Origin: an uncultured archaeon
GTDB lineage: Archaea > Asgardarchaeota > Lokiarchaeia > Sigyniarchaeales > SOKP01
Assembly: GCA_964525635.1 (NCBI GenBank)
Contig: CAZGJX010000022.1
Span: forward strand, 1 to 44,676
Length of the DNA: 44,676 bases
Direction: 5' to 3'
The position numbers and the translations under genes are program-made. The notes below the pieces were generated by a model that worked only from the letters and a program-made list of their open reading frames with translations, was not told the origin of the DNA and searched no databases. Below are positions 9,468-18,109 of the stretch, in pieces (within the stretch, counting starts at the first letter, position 1; the number at the start of each line of letters is the position of its first letter).

Positions 9468-9866
9468 ATGAATAAAGAACAATTTCTGAAAATTGTTGAT
9501 GATATAAATGAATATGAAGGTGTTAAAGAAATATTTTTATTAAACAATGAAGGAAATGTACTATTTAAATCAAAAGAATTTCCTCTAACAAATCAAGACA
9601 GTAAAGCTTTTCTTGAAGCTTGGAAAAATAAAGAACCTTCAATAAATTTTCAAAATTACCGATATGCAATTATAAAAAATGATGAAATACAATTAGCAGC
9701 TAAAAATATAACAGGTGGGAAAGGTAATCTTGCTGGATCAATTACAAAAGAAGGAGATTATCTAATTATTCATACTGCTCAAGAAACAGGATTAATTCTT
9801 TTAGAATGGTCTATTTTTGTTAATAAAATTGCTTGGCAATCAGATCAGTCATCTATTAATATTTAA
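9468..9866 (+). CDS. Profilin-like protein
   Basis: 132 aa; profilin-like pattern (LLNNEGNVL, SINFQNYRYAIIK, LAAKN...GKGNL). Confidence 0.6.
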   Translation: MNKEQFLKIVDDINEYEGVKEIFLLNNEGNVLFKSKEFPLTNQDSKAFLEAWKNKEPSINFQNYRYAIIKNDEIQLAAKNITGGKGNLAGSITKEGDYLIIHTAQETGLILLEWSIFVNKIAWQSDQSSINI

Positions 9867-10008
9867 AATATCCTTCATTATAAAATAAGACTACTATTCT
9901 CTTATTAAGTATTTTATAGAATATTTAAAAAAAATATAAATTGAATCAATTATTATTCTTTTTAATTAGAAAATATTCCTTAATAATAAATTTAAAGGTG
10001 TAAAAAAA

Positions 10009-10728
10009 ATGTTCCAACAAGCAGGTAGGGGTTACGATATGGCGATCACCCAATTCTCTCCGGAAGGACGACTTTTTCAAGTAGAATACGCGATTGAAGC
10101 AGTTAGGAGAGGAACTACGGCAATTTGTGCTAGAAATAAGAATTCTGTTATATTTGCCGTGGAAAAAAAGAGTTCAGATCTTCAAGAAACATTGGGTTCA
10201 GAAAAAATATTTAAAATAGATAATCATATTGGTGTCGCAATAGCTGGTTTAACTGCAGATGCCCGTGTTCTAATTGATAAAGGTAGAGTACAAGCTCAAA
10301 TTCATATTTTAAATTATGATGAAAAAATAACTGTAAAGGAGTTAACATTAGAATTATGTGAAATTCTTCAAGCTTATACTCAAAACGCAGGAGTTAGACC
10401 TTTTGGTGTATCATTTTTAATTGCTGGTATAGATCCTGATGGAGAAACGGCATTGTTTTTAACAGATCCTTCAGGTGCTTTATGGGGATATAAAGCATTT
10501 GCAATTGGTTCAGGTGCTAATGAAGCAAGAACGTATTTAGAAGAAAATTATAAAGAAGATATATCAGATGAAGAATTAAAACTATTACCTTTAAGAACAT
10601 TGAAAGAAATTATGGGTGAAGAAAACCTAAATGAAAATACTTTCGATGTAGCTTATATATTAAAGGAAGAAAAGCAATTTGTTTTATTGGAAGTAGAAGA
10701 TAAGAAAGAATTATTAAGTAAATTATAA
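10009..10728 (+). CDS. psmA: Proteasome alpha subunit
   Basis: GYDMAITQFSPEGRLFQVEYA and RPFGVS motifs. Confidence 0.97.
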   Translation: MFQQAGRGYDMAITQFSPEGRLFQVEYAIEAVRRGTTAICARNKNSVIFAVEKKSSDLQETLGSEKIFKIDNHIGVAIAGLTADARVLIDKGRVQAQIHILNYDEKITVKELTLELCEILQAYTQNAGVRPFGVSFLIAGIDPDGETALFLTDPSGALWGYKAFAIGSGANEARTYLEENYKEDISDEELKLLPLRTLKEIMGEENLNENTFDVAYILKEEKQFVLLEVEDKKELLSKL

Positions 10729-10849
10729 TAATTACACATTATAATATTTTGAAATATTATTTCTTATTTTAATTATAATTTTCTATTAAAATAGATATAA
10801 AAGTAATAAATAATTAGGAATTTAATAATGAAAGAAAAGTGAAATAAAA

Positions 10850-11641
10850 TTGATTGATCGAGCAAGAATTAATCTGGGAGATAATATCATTGGACGAATT
10901 GAGAAAGGTGGTAGAACCTTTGAAATGCTAATGGATCCAGATAAAGCATGGGATATTAAAAAATATATTAGAGAAGAAATAAATAATAGATTGAAAGAGG
11001 GTAAAGAAAAATCTAGATTATCTATTAGGGAAGTTTTAAAAGATCCTAATATTCCTTTAGAATTAATTTTTCAAAGCTTTATCGTTTTTGAAGATTTAAA
11101 AAGAGGAAAAAAAGCAACTGATGGTGATATGGAGGCTATATTTGAAACTACTGATGGTAAAGAAATTGCTGCACATATCCTATTAGAAGGAGAATTCCAT
11201 TGGACAAAAACTCAACGTGAGGAAGAAAAGGAAAAAAAATTAAAACAAATAATAAATATAATTTCAAAAAACGCAATAAATCCACAAAATAAAAAACCTC
11301 ACCCTCCTGAGAGAATTGAAAAAGCCATTGAAGAATTGAATTTAAAGATTGGTTTAATGAAAAGTGCTGAAGAACAAGTTGAAGATATTGTTACAAAGAT
11401 TCGAACAATTATTCCCATAAAAATGGAACAAATAGAAATGGCTATTAAGATACCTACATCATATACAGCAAAAGGATATAATATCGTTGCTCAATATGCC
11501 CAAATTAAAAAAGAGGAATGGCAATCTGATGGGTCTTGGGTCTCAGTTATAAGTATGCCTGCAGGATTACAAATGGACTTAATTGATAAACTCAATAAAC
11601 TCACTCATGGTCGAGTCCAAACAAAATTGTTAAAAACCTAA
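10850..11641 (+). CDS. Ribosome maturation factor SBDS/Sdo1 (TTG start)
   Basis: INPQNKKPHPPERIEKA and EEWQSDGSW motifs; position in the archaeal exosome superoperon. Confidence 0.92.
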   Translation: MIDRARINLGDNIIGRIEKGGRTFEMLMDPDKAWDIKKYIREEINNRLKEGKEKSRLSIREVLKDPNIPLELIFQSFIVFEDLKRGKKATDGDMEAIFETTDGKEIAAHILLEGEFHWTKTQREEEKEKKLKQIINIISKNAINPQNKKPHPPERIEKAIEELNLKIGLMKSAEEQVEDIVTKIRTIIPIKMEQIEMAIKIPTSYTAKGYNIVAQYAQIKKEEWQSDGSWVSVISMPAGLQMDLIDKLNKLTHGRVQTKLLKT

Positions 11642-11896
11642 TTTTTAAAAAATTAAATTTATCTACGATTTTACTTGTATATCATTATTCTTTAAATTAA
11701 TTCTGAAAGCTTTCATGATAATTTTATAAAAGATCTTAAATTATTTTTCAATATTATTTTTTCAATAAAAAAATATTGTGGACTCCTAAATTCATTAAAA
11801 TTTTATTGAATAAATGATTAAATATTGCAAGTTTGAATAAAAAAAAGAAAAACTTACTTTATTTTATAATCATTTATCTGTTGATTGTGTATTAGT

Positions 11897-12661
11897 ATGG
11901 AAAACAATGAAGAACCTGAACAAGATGATGAATTTGAAGATGAAGAAACTTCACGTGAGATCGTTGCCCCTGGTGAAGTATTAACTGAAGATGTTCATAA
12001 TTTTATTCCAGGAAGAGGAGCAATATTAAATAAAAAGGGAGATAAAATTATTTCTGTTATAATAGGTTTAAAACAAATAAAAAAAAATTATATAAATGTA
12101 ATTCCTTTAAGAGGTTTTTATACTCCTCAAATTGGAGATAAAGTCATTGGAATTATTACAGATAAAAATCCTGTTAAATATAAATGTGATATTAATGCAA
12201 AATACGAAGGTATTTTGAAAATAAAAAATACCGTAAAACATAATAAAATGAGAATCCGTGGAAACCAAAGAGAAGAAGAGACTCTTGAAAAACTCTATGT
12301 TGGTGATGCTATAATCGGAAAAATAATTGCAGCAGATCGATTGAATTCTCCCGAAATAACTCTTGTTGGTAAATATTTAGGTAGAAAATCAGGAGGTATT
12401 ATTATTCAAATCGATCCTCCAAAAGTTCCAAGAATAATAGGGCGTAATGGTTCTATGATTAAAATGCTAAAAAATCTAACAAATTGTAATATTTTTGTTG
12501 CACAAAATGGTCGTATTTGGATTAAAGGTATTAATATTGAGCATGAGCGACTTTTAATTGAAGCTATTTATAAAATAGAAGAAGAAGCTCATACAACGGG
12601 TTTAACAGATAGAATGGAAGAATTTATTAAAAATGAAACAAAAAGAAGAGGTATGGAATAA
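11897..12661 (+). CDS. rrp4: Exosome RNA-binding subunit Rrp4
   Basis: S1 plus KH domains (KVPRIIGRNGSMI, QNGRIWI, EAHTTGLTDR); start placed at MENNEE. Confidence 0.93.
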   Translation: MENNEEPEQDDEFEDEETSREIVAPGEVLTEDVHNFIPGRGAILNKKGDKIISVIIGLKQIKKNYINVIPLRGFYTPQIGDKVIGIITDKNPVKYKCDINAKYEGILKIKNTVKHNKMRIRGNQREEETLEKLYVGDAIIGKIIAADRLNSPEITLVGKYLGRKSGGIIIQIDPPKVPRIIGRNGSMIKMLKNLTNCNIFVAQNGRIWIKGINIEHERLLIEAIYKIEEEAHTTGLTDRMEEFIKNETKRRGME

Positions 12662-13413
12662 TGACTTTATTGATTCAAGATGAATATCCTAAAAAATTAT
12701 TACGTGATGATGGTAAACGTTTAGATGGTCGAGGAAAGACTGATCTACGACCCATTAAAATGGAAGTAGATGTGATAAAAAATGCAGATGGTAGTGCATA
12801 TATTGAATGGGGAAATAATAAAATATATGCATCTGTTTACGGACCAAGAGAAGTACACCCTCATCATTTAGCAAAGCCAGATAGGGGTATCCTAAGAGTT
12901 TTTTATAGAATGGCTACATTTTCTGTATTTGAAAGAAAACGTCCTGCCCCAGGACGTCGAGAAAAAGAAATTTCTATGGTAATTTCTGAATGTTTAGAAC
13001 CTGTACTTTTTCTTGAATTATATCCCGGTACTAGTTTTGAAATCTTTATTGAAGTTGTTGATGCTGATGGTGGAACTAGATGTGCAAGTACAACGGTAGC
13101 AGCATTAGCTTTAGCTGATGCAGGAATACCGATGCGTAGTTTAGTTACCTCATGTGCTGTAGGAAAAATTGAAGGGCAACTTATAACAGATTTATCAGGG
13201 ATAGAAGATAAAGCAGGAGAATCAGATATGCCATGTGCTATTTCTTGGTTTAATGATGAAATCTCATTATTACAGTTTGATGGAAAAATGAATCGAGCAG
13301 AATTAGATGAATCCTTAAATATGGTGAGAAATGCTATGGAAAAAATATATGAGATGCAATTAGACACACTAAAACAAAAATATATTCAAATTCAAGAACA
13401 AAATGAAGGATAA
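12661..13413 (+). CDS. rrp41: Exosome catalytic subunit Rrp41
   Basis: RLDGR...LRPI, ADGSAY, YGPRE and DGGTR RNase PH motifs. Confidence 0.96.
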   Translation: MTLLIQDEYPKKLLRDDGKRLDGRGKTDLRPIKMEVDVIKNADGSAYIEWGNNKIYASVYGPREVHPHHLAKPDRGILRVFYRMATFSVFERKRPAPGRREKEISMVISECLEPVLFLELYPGTSFEIFIEVVDADGGTRCASTTVAALALADAGIPMRSLVTSCAVGKIEGQLITDLSGIEDKAGESDMPCAISWFNDEISLLQFDGKMNRAELDESLNMVRNAMEKIYEMQLDTLKQKYIQIQEQNEG

Positions 13414-13430
13414 GGAGGGAAAATAATAAA

Positions 13431-14258
13431 ATGATGGACATTAAACGTGTAATATCAACAATAGAAAAGAATTATATTAAAAACAATTTGAAAAAAGAAG
13501 AGAGAATTGATGGAAGAGGATTATGGGATTATAGAGATTTCAATATTAAAACTAACACTATTGCATCCGCAGAAGGCTCTTCTGAAGTAACTTTAGGAGA
13601 TACTAAAATTATAACAGGAATTAAATATGAAATAGGTGAACCTTTTCCAGATTTACCAAATAAAGGAGTATGTACAATTATGGCAGAATTATTGCCTTTA
13701 GCTTCTCCATTATTTGAGAGAGGCCCTCCTGATGAAGAATCTATAGAATTAGCTCGGGTAGTTGATCGTGGTATTAGACATGCAGATTGTATTCAAGCAG
13801 AAAAATTATGTATAAAAGAAGAGAAATGTGTGTATATACTATTTGTTGATATGTATGTGATTAATCATGGAGGAAATATGATTGATTGTGGTAGTGTTAG
13901 TGCTTTATCTGCTTTAATTTCATCTCATATACCTGAAGGAAAATGGATGGAAAATGGTCCTGAATGGACAGGAGAATATATTACAGGAAAAGATATTATA
14001 AAAGATTTGCCACTTGCTATAACTTTCGGAAAAATTGATAATATTCTTTTTCTTGATCCAAGTTTACCAGAAGAATTAGTAAGTGAAGGAAGAATTACAA
14101 TGTCGGTTACAGAAGATGAAATCACAAGTATTCAGAAAAGTGGGGCAGCTACTTATACTTTAGATGAAATAAAAATGCTTGGTGAAAAATCATTTGAAAT
14201 TGCTGAGAAATTGAGAAAAGAATTAAATTTTTGGCAATATTCAACAAATAAAAAATAA
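13431..14258 (+). CDS. rrp42: Exosome subunit Rrp42
   Basis: RIDGR, AEGS, PFPD.P..G, ELARVVDRGIR motifs. Confidence 0.95.
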   Translation: MMDIKRVISTIEKNYIKNNLKKEERIDGRGLWDYRDFNIKTNTIASAEGSSEVTLGDTKIITGIKYEIGEPFPDLPNKGVCTIMAELLPLASPLFERGPPDEESIELARVVDRGIRHADCIQAEKLCIKEEKCVYILFVDMYVINHGGNMIDCGSVSALSALISSHIPEGKWMENGPEWTGEYITGKDIIKDLPLAITFGKIDNILFLDPSLPEELVSEGRITMSVTEDEITSIQKSGAATYTLDEIKMLGEKSFEIAEKLRKELNFWQYSTNKK

Positions 14259-14420
14259 TTTTTTTTTGATTTTAATTTATTTACTACTATATTTCTAACT
14301 TATTTAGAACATCAAGATTATTAATTCTTAAATCTTAATAATGATAATTATTAATTTAAATCATAAAATTAATTAGACATTCTTAATCAATATAATCAAC
14401 AACTCTTTTCTTTTTAAACA

Positions 14421-14990
14421 ATGTCAAAATATAGTAGTGAACCTGAAGAACAATTTTCTTTTAAATGTCCCTCTTGTAAAGAAGGACTTATAAAGATATT
14501 TAAGAATATATATGATCTCCCAGATGAAGATAAAATGTTAATAATTAAATTCGAATGTAATAAGTGTAATTTTTATAATAATGATATTATTCCTCTTACA
14601 TCACGATTAGAGGCAGGTATTTCTAAATTAAAAATAACTAACGAAGGAGATCTTAAATCAAAAATCTATAGATCTCCAACAGCAAAATTAGAAATTCCTG
14701 AATTGCAATTGGTTGTAGAACCTGGACCAAATGCTGATTTTTATTTTACAAACGTCCAAGGAATATTATATAGGTTTGAAAATGCAGTATTAATCCATAA
14801 AAACAGTTTAGATAGTGAAGATCCAGAAAAACAAGAAATTGAAGATATTTTAAATGACTTAAGGAAAGCAATTAATGGTAATTTCACATTTACTTTAATA
14901 ATTACAGATAATGCTGGAGGAAGTTATATTATACCCGAAGATGATTCCAAGTTCTCTTTTTCTAAACTAGATGTTTCTAATGCTAGTTAA
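14421..14990 (+). CDS. ZPR1-type zinc finger protein
   Basis: CPSC...CNKC, IPELQLVVEPGP, TNVQG, D.AGGSYI. Confidence 0.88.
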   Translation: MSKYSSEPEEQFSFKCPSCKEGLIKIFKNIYDLPDEDKMLIIKFECNKCNFYNNDIIPLTSRLEAGISKLKITNEGDLKSKIYRSPTAKLEIPELQLVVEPGPNADFYFTNVQGILYRFENAVLIHKNSLDSEDPEKQEIEDILNDLRKAINGNFTFTLIITDNAGGSYIIPEDDSKFSFSKLDVSNAS

Positions 14991-15147
14991 AATCAATATA
15001 TGAAAGATTCTTAATTATAATAAAAATCAAAAAAATCGCTATCTCTTCGCAAAAATTTTTAAAATCTGACATAGTTTTATTTTAATTCTATGAATTTAAT
15101 AAATTCTGTTTAAATATATAATTAAAAAAAGTAGGATTTTAAATCGA

Positions 15148-16014
15148 ATGGGAATAAAAAGTGATATTAAAACAGAATTTATGGGTTACCATGACGTTAA
15201 GATAATATGTCCAATATGCAAAACTAATAAGGTTATTCAAGTACCAGAAGGAATTATCAAAGAAAATAGTAATTTGACAACGATCCAGATTCCAAAATAT
15301 AGAGTATGTGATCATATAATAATTCCATTTATTGATAAAAACTTTAATGTAAGAGGATATCAGAAAGTAGACTATATTTTTGATCTTTATGACGATAAAC
15401 CAAAAGTGAAAATTGAATCTATTAATTTATTTAGTATCAAATTAAATATTGAATATATATTATTTGTCAATGTTTTATATTCTGTATTTCATAGATATAA
15501 TGTTTTAATTTTAATTGATGATAAATTATATCATAAAAAACAAGATTTCAATAATCTTTTTAATTATATTTTTGATGATTATTTTAAGTATCATATTAAT
15601 GTCGAACTAAAAAGGGATTTCAAGAAAAAAAAAGATATTTATAAAGGATTTCTTATTTTAGATGGAAGAAAAATTAAAAATATTAAGATAGACAATAGAG
15701 ATTTATTTTTTGAAACCACTTTAATAAAAGAATTCTATAAAGAGTCAGATGATAAAAAAAGCATTATCAATTTAAAAGATAGAATAAGAGAAGTGAATAT
15801 CATATGTCAAAAAATTATTAAAATAAATCAAAAAGAAGGTAAAGGATTAAGAAGAGGTGTTATTATCAATCATATTGAAAAAACACATTTTATAAGAATA
15901 TCAAAAAGATATTTTAATTTTTTAATTGAAGTTATTAAGAATTATTATAATTTTGATATTATCTTAGCTAAAGATTTAATTGGAGAGAAACTGAGTGAAA
16001 TGTGGGGAAGATAA
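15148..16014 (+). CDS. Lokiarchaeia-type hypothetical protein with an N-terminal zinc ribbon
   Basis: CPICK...CDH...FIDKNFNVRGYQKVD N-terminal module. Confidence 0.65.
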   Translation: MGIKSDIKTEFMGYHDVKIICPICKTNKVIQVPEGIIKENSNLTTIQIPKYRVCDHIIIPFIDKNFNVRGYQKVDYIFDLYDDKPKVKIESINLFSIKLNIEYILFVNVLYSVFHRYNVLILIDDKLYHKKQDFNNLFNYIFDDYFKYHINVELKRDFKKKKDIYKGFLILDGRKIKNIKIDNRDLFFETTLIKEFYKESDDKKSIINLKDRIREVNIICQKIIKINQKEGKGLRRGVIINHIEKTHFIRISKRYFNFLIEVIKNYYNFDIILAKDLIGEKLSEMWGR

Positions 16015-16698
16015 TTCAGGTTATCATAAATATTAATAATAGTAAATACTATTATAATTTTTTAATATAAAATGTTCATGCGAAGTTTGGAATAGATCCC
16101 TTATTCACACTGGTTGAAACCAGCAGCATCTATCAGATAGATTTTAAATAAAATCATCTCCGACTACTTTTCTTTACATGAGGTCGTCTCATTCTAACTA
16201 TTTTAGATGATGGCTCATGACTTTTTTTCTCGAAATGAGAATCTTATTCCACAAATGATGGAAATCCTCATAAAAAATAATTCCAAATCCAATGCAATAA
16301 TAAGGTAAATTTAAAGGTTTTTAAAGGACTTCCTTTTTAACTTAATTTCAATAGATAAAATGATACTATCTAAAATATGTTTTAAATTTTTAAAGAGTTC
16401 TCATTTATCAATAAACTGATGAAAACTAGAATAAAAATTACAAATTTTAATAAAACATCTTAACAATCTTTTAACATTTTTAATATTTTTTATAATGATA
16501 TCTACTTTGATTGATATACTTTTATAAAATAAGATAAAATATTCAATTTGAATTTTATAAAAAAAAAATAAAAATTTCCTAATTATTCAATGAATTTTTA
16601 AAATAAAATTTTTTTTTCATTATTTACTTTTCTAATAAAAAAGAAATTATAAATTTAAATTATAATTACAAAATGAATAATATATAGGTTATAGTTAT

Positions 16699-17918
16699 AT
16701 GTCAGGAAATATAAAGCGTGTTGGAATATTAACAGGTGGCGGAGCATCGTTTAAGATTTTACTTTACGAACCGTAAACTGCCCTGGATTAAATAGCGTTA
16801 TATATGGGATAATGCTAAAAGCTTTTGATTCAAATGTCGAATGTGTCGGTATAGAGAAAGGTTGGAAAGGTTTTATGGAAAATATAACAGTTCCTCTTAA
16901 AGTAGAGGAACATGATGATCTTCATACAGTTGGAGGTACTTATTTATATACTAGTCGAACAAATCCATTCTCAAAAGTAAATAAAATGCAATCAGAAGAA
17001 GAGAAAGAAATATCAAAACAAAAAATTGCTAAAGAAATGGGTACTAAATTTAATGAATTAGGAATAGATGCATTAATTGCAATAGGAGGAGATGATACCC
17101 TTGGAGTGGCTGAATCAATGTATAAATATTCAAATGCTAATGTAATTGGGTGTCCTAAAACAATTGATAATGATTTAGCGGGAACAGATTATACCTTTGG
17201 TTTTTGGAGTGCTGTTCAATTAGCTTCAAATACTATGGATAATCTTACAACAACAGCTCATTCTCATCAAAGAATTTTTATTGTTGAAGTTATGGGAAGA
17301 GATGCTGGTTTTTTAACAATGTATAGTGGTATTTCAAGTGGAGCGGATATTATACTTATCCCTGAGACACCTTTTAATTTACAGAAACATGTTATTGATG
17401 TTTTAAAAAGAAGAGTTAATGCAGGTCATAAATATCATATCATTGCTTGTTCAGAAGGAGCATTTCCTTCTGATGAATCGTTAGAGAACGATTTTAAAAC
17501 TATTTCAAAAGAGACTATTGAACAATTACCAAAAGATGTGTTTGGAAATCCATTATTAAATCGTTTAAATATATCCCAAATCTTGGTGAAAGAATTAAAC
17601 CTCCGAGAAGATTTAAAGGAAGTATTTAATAAAAATGATATAAATTTTGAATGCAGAGATGTTGTTTTGGGACACACAATGAGAGCAGGTACGCCAAACT
17701 CGTTTGATAGAATTCTAGGACTTAGACTTGGGTTAGCTGCGATGAAGCTTGTGTTAAATAATGATTTTGGGAAAATGGTTTCACTTAGGGGAACTTCTAT
17801 TGAAACAATTCCCCTCTCTGAGGGTGCTCAGAAGAAATATATTGATCTTGAAGGCGATGAAATAGAATTAAGAAATCTTTTGATTAAAACAAGATATAAA
17901 TCAAGAGAGATTCAATAA
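16699..17918 (+). CDS. pfp: PPi-dependent 6-phosphofructokinase; two exons (16699-16744 and 16777-17918), 395 aa after splicing
   Basis: Joined exons read MSGNIKRVGILTGGGDCPGLNSVIYGIMLK...; GGDD and PKTIDND (PPi-type Asp/Lys signature), EVMGR, LGHTMRAG. Confidence 0.92.
16745..16776 (+). other. Putative BHB-type mRNA intron (32 nt) in the PFK gene
   Basis: Helix GCGG/CCGT with bulges AG^C and AA^A, inner stem TCGT/ACGA; exact removal restores the GAC (Asp) codon and the reading frame. Confidence 0.85.
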
Positions 17919-18006
17919 TTATCATTTTCTTTATTTTATATTTTTAAAAATAATTGAAATTAAGTTGAAAATACCTTTATTTTTTCATTATTAAATTAAA
18001 ATTTGA

Positions 18007-18109
18007 CCGTTGCAAAAAATCTGGACATTATGGGACATCCAGCTGAGTGACCGACAACGGACGGTCTCGAGGGTGACATGTAGCCATCTCGAAATGCTAA
18101 TAATTTATT
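18007..18109 (-). ncRNA. Putative omegaRNA (reRNA) scaffold of TnpB; 5' end probably extends into tnpB
   Basis: Three hairpins downstream of the tnpB stop and a 7-bp loop-to-3'-end pseudoknot (CCGUUGU / GCAACGG) ending at the inferred IS end. Confidence 0.65.

Noticed and set aside
16812-17918. PFK starting at ATG 16812 as in the ORF track
   Set aside because: It would lack the essential N-terminal GGGD-PG-N motif, which is encoded upstream across the 32-nt insert
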